64,000 nt of DNA, taken from the NCBI RefSeq assembly GCF_036321535.1, contig NC_087436.1:88724001-88788000 (forward strand), given 5' to 3'. How positions within the stretch are numbered: the first letter of the stretch is position 1; the number at the start of each line of letters is the position of its first letter. The stretch is from Camelus dromedarius. Taxonomy: Eukaryota. Under the pieces are notes generated by a model. That model did no database searches and was not told the origin of the DNA. It saw nothing but the letters and a program-made list of their open reading frames with translations. Shown here piece after piece: positions 52,291-64,000 of the stretch. The translations under genes were made by a program, and so were the position numbers.

Positions 52291-54536
52291 GAAAAATAAA
52301 AACACAGATTAGATGATGTCATTCCCTGGCTTTCCATTAGACTTAGATAACAGACTGAACTTCTTGCCAAGGCTTTTGAAGCATTCCCTGCTTCTCTGGG
52401 GTCATCAACCCTGCCACGACTGCACTGACCTTTCTCAAAAATACCAACCTTTTCCCAACTTCCTTTGCACGTGCTGTTCCCTTTGTCTGGATTGATCTAG
52501 CCCCTTGAACTATGCCGTCTGCTCAAGAGACAGCTCTGCAGAGAAATCTTCTTTTGATCACCTTCAGTGCTTCTGTTTTTCACTACAACCTGGCTTTTGC
52601 TCTTTTTGCTTGTCTGCATGTTGTCTGTCTTAGCTGCACAGTGGCAGGGAGCTTACTGACTTTGTTCATGGTTATACACCCGATGCTCACCGCAGTGCCC
52701 AACACATAGCAGGTGCTCAGTAAATATTTGTTGGAATGAATGGATCCATTGGTCATTCCAGTTGAAATAAATTCTTCAATTAGGGAGCTCTCCTAAATGT
52801 CTAGGTTAAAGGGAGTTCATAATATGTTGACAGTAGTTGTGCATTGCTTGCTTTAATTGATAATATTATTGAAAATTCATGCATAAATCAAATTCTGTAT
52901 GTAAATTAAGTGAATTATAATTTGAAATTGAGTTGGATGATATTCCCAGAGTTGATTTAGCTTCCTTCTGAGTGAGCTTCGGTTGGCAGAGAAACCAGCT
53001 AAAACACATCAACTTGCTCTTCTTCATTGCTGTCAAAATCCTAGACCTGATAGATGAGGAAATACTAGAGTGTTCCTGAGGGTTGATTTGGTGGCTCTGT
53101 GCTTTCTTTTTAATATTGACTCATATTCACCCGTTAAAAAGACTTTTGGTCTACTCTAGTTGAAAATCTTAGAGTTCAGATTTTATACAGAGCCATTATA
53201 TACCAAACCATGATAAAAATGTCTAGAGAAAAATGATTAGGATAGTGATTCAGAATCTGTTCATGTGATGAGTAGTTGGGGGACCTGGAGGTGTGAGGCC
53301 CTAAGGGTGTACCCTAGCCATCCTCAAATGTCCCTGGTCCATGGCCTGGAAGAGGGAACACACTTTTTCTATATTTTTCCATAAGGAAAAACACAGATCC
53401 AGTAATTGAAAGTCATAGAGAAACAAATTCAGACTTAAGTAAGAACTTTATTGATAAAGTTGTGTCTGTGTGGACATGTCTCAGGAAATGGTGAGTTACC
53501 ATTAGAAGTATTTAAACCAACTGATGAGAAACCACTGGGGACACTGTGGCAAAGAATCCAACATCTTAGGGCCCATTAGTTCCCTGTGGATTAAGGGGCA
53601 GGTTCCTTGGTGGCCTGTGGCACTAATTAAAGGAGCTCTAAAAACTTAGGAAGAAAAAGATGAAGAAATTTAAATTTACCGTAACTTTTCTCAGGGACAC
53701 TTTTATGTTTGCTTTGGGAATAATGAGAATTGGGGGCCTTGTGGGGGTTGTGTTCACACCCCATGGATTCAGTAGCAGCAGATGGTCACCTACCTGCCTT
53801 CACAAAGTGTGGGCTGACTTACCTGCAGGGCTTCTGATTTTCAAAGTGGGGCTTGCAGATTGGGACCCTGCCAGCCAAAGCCCTCTTTCCATTGCAACTG
53901 TCAGGTTCTTACCTAAATAAACGTTGAACAAATGTTTGCAGTGTATCACCTTGGGGAGGTGTTAAATTGTCTGCTGGGAACACCTGCATGTCTTGGGTGG
54001 ACTGGCTCTTGCTCAGAGGTGAACAGTTCATGGTAGAATACAGACCTTTTGACTCCCAGCGTTAAGACCTGTGCTGCTTCGTCCTGCTTTTCACATTGGA
54101 TTCTGGGTCCTGCTTCCAAAATCAAGCTTGGAATTCCGCTGTGTGGCTGTCTTCTGTTCACCTTCTGTTCATCTTTTAAGCTTTTGGTTTTGCTAAAATC
54201 TTGGTAGGTAAATAAAAGTTCTAGGCATATCTTTGTTTCAGCCACTAGGGAGGAAGAAAAAAAAATGTTAACAGAAACAAGAGAGATTTAAAGTTTCTTT
54301 TTTGGAAGGCACAGTTTGTTTATTTCTTATAAATGTCCTAGGCTTCCTTTTAGAAGCAGAATTCCTGAGAAAAAATGAGCCCAAACTCTAGTTTCCATTA
54401 TTTAAAGTTACAATAAAAGTTTCCTGTCGGTCATTTCAAATACACAGATGACATGGTTTTCCTGATCCAACTCCATTACATTACTGAAGACGGCCAGGTG
54501 ACTGAGGTGGCCTCTAGGTGAACAATCAAGATACGC

Positions 54537-55013
54537 TGTTGACTGAAGTAAATGCGCAACCTAAAAGTTGAGAGTTATGTTTTATTTGGCGGGAGGACCG
54601 AGCAGGGATGACGGCCTCTCAGATCGCTCTGAGGGACTGCTCCGAAGAGGTAGGGGAGGAGCTAGGATATATAGGAGCTTTACAACAAAGACCAGGTAGT
54701 TGGAACATTAAAAGATTACTTGTTAATTAAAGAAAACCAGGCATCTCAAGTTAAAGAATTTATTGCTTTTCTATATATGGGAGGAAGCAAACATTTGGGC
54801 TCACTGAATTCATTCCTTTGACAAGCACCTAGCTATCTAGGGCCGGTATCCTGTCCTTTCTTATTCTGAGTCCGCTCAGAGGGCACCACTGTGAGTGGCT
54901 GCAGAGGCTGGGCTGTAGGCTTGTCTTCACTGGATGGTGGCGGCAGTCACTGAAGACTTGATGGTTTCAACATTCTTTGTTTACTGATATGGTTTGCATA
55001 TTTTTCCTTCACA
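54537..55013 (-). mobile_element. ERV1-like solo LTR family 1, copy D (intron 4)
   Basis: tgttgactgaagtaaatg...ttccttcaca, collinear with copies A and B; no clean TSD (acgc/gcac). Confidence 0.9.
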
Positions 55014-57004
55014 GCACCAAAGTTGACATTTGAATAATTGTTTAAAAATATTTGCTATGCCAGAATTATAAAGCCTCTTCACCACCATCCAATTTATACT
55101 CACAATTTCTACTCTTCCACATCCCTTTATCACTGCATCCTTTTTGAGCTGAAATTTACTGATGATCTTTTAGTAAAATAGTAACAGATCTGTCAGCTTA
55201 TAATGTGATTTTAAGAACAAGGCTTACCTTGTTCTTAAATATGGTATTTCATAAGACAGCAGGTGCCACTCTCCTATGTAAATGCAACCCTGAAATAATC
55301 TTAAAAGCTAATTGAAAAATACTTGATTTAAAACAATTTTTTGAAGAATTATATAAAGTCAACATAAGCTTATCACTTTTTTTCTAAATGGAGAATAATT
55401 ACATATTGCTAATTTATTTATCAAAGATTTTATCTCTGTCCCAAGAACTCTAACAGTATCACATTTGGAAATAAATGGAAATATTACGGAATTGAAATTT
55501 TTTCATAATTAAAAAAAGTTTTTGTAGGTCAATAGTTTAAAAAGATAGGCTTTGTTGCTACCACCAACTAAATATTCAGAGAGTCAGTTGCCACTTACTT
55601 TCCTGATTTTATCTGCTAACGTGGAAACAGTAGTCTTTTTAGCTACACCCTTCCTAACAACCTGGCGGTTTAGGGGATCAGCTGTATCATGGCTCCCTTG
55701 TCAACCTCAGGCAACATGGGGGATCTAGTCTGCTTTTTGGCATTATACATAAAATATCAAATGATAAGTAAGGTTCCATATTGCATGCCAGAATGGCTCA
55801 AAGTATGGGTAATACACAGTCAGATAACTCATATTACTTTTATTTTACAAAGATGTACAGCTGGAGAATCAGGCCACAGGAGCTCAGATCTCTCAGAGAA
55901 TGCCTTGTCAAATCACTGACGGCATCTCCAGCACACATACTTCATCAAGCTCAGTGGAGTAGTTTGTTTACTTTTCTCCTCAATAACTCATGGGTATTGT
56001 GTGGATGTGACTAGAATTTAGATTTAATGCCAGTGATTCAATTCATTTCAAAGATCCATATTTAAAGCATCATTTTATGATGTGCAAAATCAAAACAGCT
56101 GCAAAAAATAACTTGGCGATTGCAGATTTCTTTTGTGATTTGTTAATCCTCTCTCCCCTGGGCCCTGATGAGCATGCCAAGTATTGATGAGCATCAGGAG
56201 CATGCTGGGGAGAAGGGGATGGAACTTTATATTCTCTTTCGGGGTGGTTGTGTGGTTTCATATTATGCACAGTCATCTTAATTCAAGCTGTGTTTATCTC
56301 TTGGTATTTCTTCAGACTGCGCCTTCTTAAGGATGACCTCCTTGTATTGGCATATAAGCAAGACACTTGATCTATGGAGTTTCCATCAATAGCAATTTTA
56401 CTGACATTTTCCTCTACAATGGAAATTATTTCAAAATTGAACAGTGTAGAATTTGCTGGCCTGATTGGGAGGGGATCACATGAGCAGGGATGGGGTGAGC
56501 TCCTGCACAAACTATTAAGTTGGGAGTTACGTAGTGATGGTTCTGCTCCCAACTTTGCTTTTCACAGCTTTGTTCCAAGCAGGCCATAGGCAATGAGCAA
56601 ATAAATAGGTCAAAAATACTTTAAATAATGGAGGTAAGTGCAGTGTAAAAAATTTAACAAAAAAGTGGAGAACTTTGGGAGAGTAGGGACATGGTGGCAA
56701 GAAGGGCAATTTTAAGCAAAGTGTTGTTCAGGAAAAGCCCACTGTGAAGATTCCATTTGATCCTAGAAGATATGGGAATCCAGGAAAGGAGGGAGATGGG
56801 GACATCCTGAGTGTCCTGTGATGTAAATGGGAAAGAGTGCATGATGAAATCAGTCCTGTAAGCAGACACTTTCAGCCAGGATGAGCATGTTGGGGAGTGG
56901 ACATAAGGGAGGGGTGGAGGGTCTTGCCAGGCACATGTAGAGCTTGGGAACTACCGTACAGCTTCTGACATCAGTTTATTCAACAAGGATGTTAGGAAAG
57001 TTAT

Positions 57005-57640
57005 CAATTTATTTATTCCTTTAGCAAACACTTATTGGCACCTACAATGCGCCAGGCTCATATTTTGATGTTGGGGATGCAGAGATGAATAAAACATAGC
57101 TCTGCCTTCTAGGTACTCAGCATAGCGGGGGACCAGACATGAAAACAATTACATTGCTGGACCATATGATCTGTTTACAAGATAAGCGGGAACCAGAGAG
57201 AAGGAGGAGGGGCCCCTTCCTTTTAGCAATATTAGTGACGGCTGCTCCCAGGCAGGAAGTAACACCTGAATTGGGTTTTGGAGGAGAAATAGAGGTTTGC
57301 CATGTGGACAAGGTGAAAAAAAAGAGCATTTCAGGTAAAAGAACAGCCTAAATCTATCATATATTAGGGGAACTACAACCAGTTAAATTTTACTACAGTG
57401 TTAAATGGGCGGGGGAAGAACTAATGGATTTGAGGAAGTTTTAGGAAGTACAATTAGTGTTCAGTAATTAATTGCATGTGAATGGTGAGGTTGAGGGTGA
57501 AGCAAAAGTTTTTGGGCTGGGGGCCTTGGGTAGATGGTGTTAACACCAAGGAGATCCCAAGAAGATCGTGTATCTCAAAGGAGGACTGGGGGTTGTGGTG
57601 GAGGAGGTGGGAGATAATGAGTTAATATTGATGTAATGTC
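57005..57640 (-). mobile_element. L2 3' region
   Basis: aaacacttattggcacctacaatgcgccaggc...ggggatgcagagatgaataaaaca. Confidence 0.7.
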
Positions 57641-57738
57641 CTAATCTGGTTCAAGAAGTGCAACGCAGTGAGCTTCCTTTCAGTGGAGATTAAAAACAGC
57701 TTTCTGTCTGGAGAAGATGACATGGTTTTGTACTTTCA

Positions 57739-57902
57739 TCCAGTGGTATATTGGTAAACTGCTAAATTGGCTGTCTGCAAAACAAAAGAAAAGAAAACAA
57801 AACAAAACTATGATTTATAGCACTCGCTGATTTCTGTGGTGTAAACAGTGCTGCCAGATTTCAAGCTGGTGATGGTTTAACAATCTACACGCCCAGCACT
57901 GA
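57739..57902 (+). mobile_element. MER63-like hAT-Blackjack MITE
   Basis: ccagtggtatattggtaaa...gatttctgtggtgtaaa...gatttcaagct...cagcactg. Confidence 0.7.
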
Positions 57903-58039
57903 GTTTTGTCTCCTGACATGTGTTTGTTGAGCTCCCACTTGGCACGATGAATGTAGCCCTGTGCTGGCTCTTTCTCCCTTACATCTGAACGACTTCCCAC
58001 CTTCCTCCACCTCATTCTTCCCAACAGATTGGTTTCAAC

Positions 58040-58430
58040 AATGGCTACTTTCTAGCTTCCAGTGGGGCTCAGCTAGTGGGAGCCACCAAGAGGACATCAG
58101 AGTGTGGGAAGACAGTCAGGCTGGGTAGTCGTTCCCTCGTTTCTTCTTTGCCAGATGATCCTGGTGGCCTGTGTCCCACTGTGAGAGCCTCTGGGTCCTA
58201 TCAGGCAGCCTTCTGCATACAGCTGTCTCCAAGTTCCAAAAGCTGCTTCTTTCCCTTGTCCCTTAAGTCTGGGCTGCTAACAGCAGTCTGTCCCTCCACG
58301 CATGCTACACTATCCCTTGTTCATTTTTCTAAACCTTGCCAGCACCTTTGTAAGTGGCTTTTCCATTAAACGCTCTGCAGTGATCCTACTTCAGCCAGTC
58401 ATTTCTTTCCTACTGGAACCATGGTTATTC
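58040..58430 (+). mobile_element. LTR33-like ERVL LTR remnant
   Basis: cttccagtggggctcagctagtgggagccacc..gagg...cacctttgtaagtggcttttccattaaac. Confidence 0.6.
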
Positions 58431-59157
58431 CCAGTGAAAAATAAGACAAAGTCCTGGTTGTTAAAGAGTTTCAGACCAATGTGACCAAAAAATACCTTGC
58501 CGTCTCCCATTATTGCTCTTCTGATGGAAGACAATGACACAAATGTTCACTAGCACACTTTTCTATCCCCATGTCTATGAAACTGGAAACCAAAGAAATC
58601 TCTTTCCTCCCTCTCTCATACCCCATCAAAGCCATACCTCTTATGAGGTCTCTTGATCACCAGGAAGTGCTGATGTAGGAAGCTGATGCTGTTGGTCCAT
58701 CACAGACAGGACAAGCTGTCTGTTGTTTTTTGTGTTTTCCAGCAGTGGTAATGATTTCATGCTCTTGTGTGATTTGTGGATTTATGCTTCTGTGTTATCT
58801 GTGGCTTATGTTTGTGAGCAGAAGTCAGCTAGGTGAGACATTTTGGAGCACTGGACTGTAGTCATAGTATCTGGCTATGAGATGTTTTTAGGCTTCAGTT
58901 TCCTCTCAATGCAAAGGAAGGAAATAGGAGTAAATTGTCTTGCAAGACCCTTCCAGTGTTAACATTCTTTTCATGACTAAGGTCTGCAGCTCTGGGAGCT
59001 GCCTGTGACTATGACTTTGTGAGTACTGTCTACTGACAGCTCAGCCTAACAAAGACAAATTTAGAAATTAAAAAAAAAAAGAGTATATGATTCTTATCAA
59101 TGAATAATACATCTTACTTAGTAGCATGCCACTTACCAAGTGTTGTATCAAAGAAAA

Positions 59158-59678
59158 GTGTATTAGTTACCTATTGCTGCATAACAAATTATCCCAGATT
59201 TAGCAGCTTAAAATAACACGCATCTGTTATCTCAGTTTCTATGGATCTGGAATCTGAGAGTGCCTTATCTGGGTCTTCTGTTTCAGGGTCTGTTATGTGG
59301 GCAAAGTCATGGTGTTGACCAGGGCTGGGGTCATATCTGAAGGCTTGCCTAGGGAAGGATACAATTCCAGGCTCATGTAAATGTTGGAAGAATTTTAGTT
59401 CTTAAGGACTGAGAGCCTCAGTTCCTAGGTGTCTGTTGGCCAAAGGCCACCCTCAGGTCCTTGCCATGTAGGCCTACCTATTATAGCAAAGGGAGAGTAG
59501 TCTGCTAGCAAGAGAGAAGTCACACTTATGTACCCTAATGATAGAAGTCACATCCCATTACCTTCTGTTGGTTGTAAGCAAGTCACTAGGCCAGCTCACA
59601 CTCAAGGGGAGGGGACTACACATGGCATGAATAGCAGGATTGGGGGTCATTCAGGGCCTTGTTAAAGTCTGCTTATCA
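59158..59678 (-). mobile_element. MLT1 (E/F-like) solo LTR
   Basis: gtattagttacctattgctgcataacaaattatccca...cacactcaaggggagggga. Confidence 0.8.
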
Positions 59679-62275
59679 AAAAGACCCTTTTTCTTTCCCC
59701 GTAGAAAATAGTTTTAAATCCTGACCTTTTCAGATCTGCTGAAAGGTTAGTTATTTGCCAGAAATAGAAAGTGACAACTAAATGCAATGTGAGATCCTGA
59801 ATGGAGATCTTGGTGATATTTGGATACGGTCCTTCCTTTAGTTACAGATATTATACTAGTGTCAGTTTCCTGGTTCGTAGTTACATGAGAATTTGCTTTA
59901 TGGGAGCCCAGATAAAGGCTATATGGAAACTTTCTGTACTACTTTTATAACTTTTCTGTAAGTCTCTAAATGTAGTTTAAAGTAAGAAGTTAGATAATAG
60001 GTAAAATTAGCTGCAAGGATATATTGTACAACATGGGGAGTATAAGTGGAGTATAACCTTTAAAAATTGTGAATCACTGTATCGTACACCTGTAACTTGT
60101 ATAATATTATACATCACCTGTACCACAAAAATAAAAATAAAAAGTTAGAAAAAAGTGAGTTATAAAACCTAAAAATCCATTAGCTATTATAAAAGCTACT
60201 GTGTGGCTATAGCTTGTTCAGTCATTTTAACTCTATGTCTTTATCAGAACTTTTTTTGCAGATGAAATCTATAAATTTAGGGGTGGTAGCAGGGAGATAT
60301 TGGTCAAAGGGTACAATAAAAAATCCATTTTTTTTGGTAAATTTAAAAATTAGTAGATAAATTTGCTTAAAATTGTGTAGGCAAAATCTATACTTTTTTT
60401 GTAGATAACTTTAGAATAGCTTTCCTAGAGAAAATCCCCTAAAATCCTCACTATCACTATATAGTAGAATTATTTACATTTGTTTGTATGTATTTGTTTC
60501 AACAAATAATTATAGAGGTGAGGTAAGAGTTTTCTGCTTAAGCTTGGGTTGAAATGTTTTAGGGACTTTTGCACAACACCAAGTGCACACCACACATCAA
60601 TTTAAAATAGTCACCTTTTCTAAAATAGTATTCTGATAGCCAAAGCCAACTCCTCCCCTGTGCGGAGCACTATTTTCAGAGGTCAGTCTGCTTGTTGCTT
60701 GGATATTGGCCCTTATATTCCAAAATAGTGTGGTCTGTCTCATCGCACTTTTCCATGTGATGAAAAGCAAAACACTTCAACCCCTTGTAGGCAGTTGAAT
60801 TTCACGCAAAGCAAGGACAAATGGCTCCTCATTCTGCTCAGTGTCTGAAAGGGCTGCTAGTTATTAATACTCTGTCACCATTTCACATGTCCTCATCCAG
60901 CAATTTAAAGCCTATGGGTCTCGGTTGGTTACACCTCTTAAGAGAGCTATTTGGAAACACTCTAGACATTTTTCTTAGGCCCTATTTTTAGAATGGAAGG
61001 CCTAATGGTACTTTAATGTCTCTATATATTCCCAGCGCAAATCTCGAGTGAAAAAAAATGTCTGTTACCTTTTGAAATGTAGCAAAACTGGTGGGATTAT
61101 CACTGCTCCTCTGAGATGCATTGTGTTAAAGAATGAATTTTGATTTACAGAATGTTAGTGGTAAAAGGATCATGAAAAAATCAGCTCTTCCAAACCTCTC
61201 ACTTTTCAAATGAGGAAGCTGAGTCTTGGTGTGAGCAAACTGTTGGCCCAAGATTAGATGAGGAGGAGGGCCCATGTGAAAGATTCAGGATGGTAGACTT
61301 AATGCTTTCCTGCAGAAAATGACTCTGGTAAGAGTCAGTGACAAGAAGTCAGCTTCTGAGTTAAAGACTTAGCTTTGGAACATGAAAACAGTCTGCTGGC
61401 CCCCTTCGTTGCTCTTACTGTCGAAGATTCTGAGAGAGATGTGGAGTGATTAAAATATATGTGGGTTCAGGAGTGAGGAAATTTCGGGGAATCCCTTGGG
61501 ACACAGCGATCTTCCCCATCTGACAATATCAGGTGAATTTTTCCCTCTGTAAATGAAACTTGAAATTTCATCAATTAGAGATTCCTTTGCTCCAGCAAGC
61601 AGTCATCTAATGATGCAAAAAACCTCGGGGAGGGTTAAGTGTCCATCTATTATTATATATTACTCTGTGTTTTCATCCCTTTTCTTCTTTGAAAGTCTAA
61701 TTACAATCAGCTCACTTGGGGAAGGTAGTTTTGATGGTCGGAAGGAGAGGAAATGTTTAGGAGCAAGTAATGCTCTGGTGGAGGTGGCAGTCCAGGTGCA
61801 GTCCTGGAGGGCGGACGATCAGGATGGTATCAGGGCACTGGACCCAGGTCAGGCGAAGGAAGAATGCTGAAGCCAAGCCTAGCTTGTTTTGTAGTTTTAT
61901 TGTGGGCTGTCTCACCTGGAAGAGAAAGAGAAATGCCTGTACCCCTTCCTGGTGTTCCTTAGCCCCTTCCGCAAATTTCACTGAAGGTTAACTAGGAGTT
62001 TATAGGGTGAAGGGAGAACCCAACCCCTGTGTATGTGGTTGGTCCACTGGGAAAGTGCATATCAAGTTTTGAACTAACCTTGAGTTACGCTTTTGGAACA
62101 TACATTCCTCAAGTAAGTGCTCATGTGTGAGAGAGTTAATAGTTAATGGTCCTTGAATCAGTCTGCCTGGGTTTGAATGCTGGCTGTGACATTCACTACC
62201 TCATTGATTTTTAGACGAGTCTCTTATATTTCCTGTGCTTCAGTTTCCTGATTTGTGTATTAGGGATGACAGTAA

Positions 62276-62755
62276 TGTTACTGGAGAGTAGAGAGTAGGT
62301 TCTTGTCTCACGCAGGAAAGAATTCCAGAGCGAGCCATAGTAAAGTGAAAGCAAGTATATTTGGAGAGATACACGTTCCATAGAATGAGGTCCATCTCAG
62401 AGGAGTGACCCCGGGGTGCACGGTGGTTAGTTTTTGTGGGCTGGGTAATTTCATACATTAACAAGTGGGAGGATTATTCCAACTGTTTTGGGGAAGGGCT
62501 GGGGATTTCCAGGAATTGGGCCCTTGCCCACTTTTTGGCTTTTCATGGTCAGCCTGGGAACTGTCATGGTGCCTGTGGGCGTGTCATTTAGCACGCTAGT
62601 GTATTACAGTGAGCCTGTAATGAGGCTCAAGGTCTACTGAAAGGCAAATCTGCTGCCATCTTGGGCCTAGTTGGTTCTAACCACTTTATGTCATATCCTC
62701 AATGGCTGTCTCATTCTTTTAATGGTTGTGCCCTGCTCCCTTCCTTCCTGTCTCA
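62276..62755 (-). mobile_element. ERV1 solo LTR (MER41/LTR8-like) inserted in a MIR (about 62130-62840)
   Basis: TG...CA termini with perfect TSD gtaa (62272-62275 and 62756-62759); MIR motifs ctgtgcttcagtttcct and taatgcacttagaatagagccta flank it. Confidence 0.85.
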
Positions 62756-64000
62756 GTAATGGTACCCATAGTATATTACTATGTACTGTAGTGAGAAATA
62801 AATGAGTTAATGCACTTAGAATAGAGCCTAGCATCATGAAAGCAATTACATAGAAATTCTGTGTTCTCCACATTTCTCAACCATGTTCCCAGTTTTATTT
62901 GAGAAAATATAGTCTCTAACTTCTCTGGAATAACATCTAGGAAAGGAAATCTTTTAAAAAGTTTGAGTGATACTTTTAGTCCTTGAAATATCTGATCTAT
63001 TTCCTGAATGGCAGTCAGGTGTCTCCTTTACACTGAGATTCCTGCCTGGACCAAGTCACATTTTATGTCCTAACACTAATTCTTTCAAATGCAAAACCTC
63101 TTTCCACATCTTCTCTAACAAATTTAGTCACATATTAATGTAGGTAGGTAGTTACGTGACTATTAGGATTCTAAAGGTACTCAGTCGTAAGTTTCTGAGA
63201 ATGAGTTCAAAAGCATTTGCAACTGGATGTCATTGTTGAGTACCCCTTCCCCACATTGTTATGTATAAGATCTCACTCTTAGGACTCTTTCACAGGCTAT
63301 CAGTTCTATTTTAACTCAGTGGCTGGCGCATCTTGTTAATGTTTCTGTGATCTGTAGAAATATGAATGGGGAATTGTAAATGTGTTTGTTTGATCAAGGA
63401 GTTCTTAAAGCCTAATTATTAGGTCCTTTTATGAGACTAGATAATATAGGAGAGTAGATAGAGCCTAGACTGAAAGTTAAAACTTTTGGATTCTCTTCGC
63501 ACTTCTTCCATTAGGAAACTGTGTGTCTCAGAATCTCCCTGGACTTGTCTCAAATGAAGGATCTGAATGAGGTGTTGTTTAAAGTTTCTTACAGATCTGA
63601 GGCTGTATGATTCTGCAATAGCTTATTGACCCTACATTTGTGAAGCGTGTGTTCTGCTTTGACTGACATGCGTATTTTCTTTCCCACTTTTCTTAAAATC
63701 ATTTGAAATGCCTTTGCCTTATGACGAGCCAGGGTGAGAGATGCAGTCTGTTAACCGCAAAGTAGAAAAAGCCACCTGGGTCTGTAAGAGAACAAGTCCA
63801 TGGCCTTGACATTGTAGACACAGAGCCGCGGATCCAGGAGTGTTTGATTGCGTGTCAGATGAATAAAGACAAACTCCAGGGCATCATTACTTTACCACTA
63901 ATGGACAGTTGTTTGTATTTTTCTATTTTGCAGAAGATAACATAGAAATGAAAAGATAAACAATGATAGAAGGTTTCAGAGTTGCCATTTGTTTGTATAA

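Noticed and set aside
61905..61940. Strong polypyrimidine-CAG|GTGAG recursive-splice-like motif
   Set aside because: It lies on the minus strand, antisense to CORIN, and there is no evidence of an antisense transcript.
61553..61991. Overlapping ORFs in a locally GC-rich patch
   Set aside because: No recognisable protein similarity or convincing splice-bounded exon; cannot be supported without conservation data.
47047..64000. Search for CORIN exon 5 (HGLLPCRSFCEAAKEGC...)
   Set aside because: No matching sequence found; it presumably lies beyond the window end.
1..64000. Prokaryote-type systems (CRISPR, operons) or a novel multi-gene cluster
   Set aside because: The window is mammalian intronic DNA; there is no regularly spaced repeat-spacer array and no long non-repeat ORF.

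Overview
Mammalian genomic DNA lying entirely within the CORIN gene (atrial natriuretic peptide-converting enzyme, a type II transmembrane serine protease) on the + strand. Three coding exons are recognisable: 4603-4747 (cytoplasmic tail with DDNN motif plus TM helix), 15783-15983 (glycosylated stalk) and 46839-47046 (first part of Frizzled domain 1), matching human exons 2-4. Exon 1 lies upstream and exon 5 downstream of the window. The rest is intron, rich in L1, L2, MIR, MaLR/ERV LTRs and old DNA transposons, plus a decayed U6 snRNA retrocopy. The repeat content (cetartiodactyl-type L1 3' UTRs; no Alu, Bov-A/tA, PRE1, ERE or Can-SINE seen) suggests a cetartiodactyl, possibly a camelid (inference). 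I see no evidence of a new multi-gene system. The most unusual features are: a solo LTR hit twice within about 10 bp by a non-coding poly(A) retrocopy and a second LTR family; a cluster of young solo LTRs in intron 3, including inverted pairs; a perfect 105-bp duplicate inside a (TA)n microsatellite, with the two copies bracketing the in-frame exon 3; and an exon-3 read-through frame whose stop codon overlaps an AATAAA. Repeat family names come from my recall of consensus sequences, and boundaries without a TSD are approximate.
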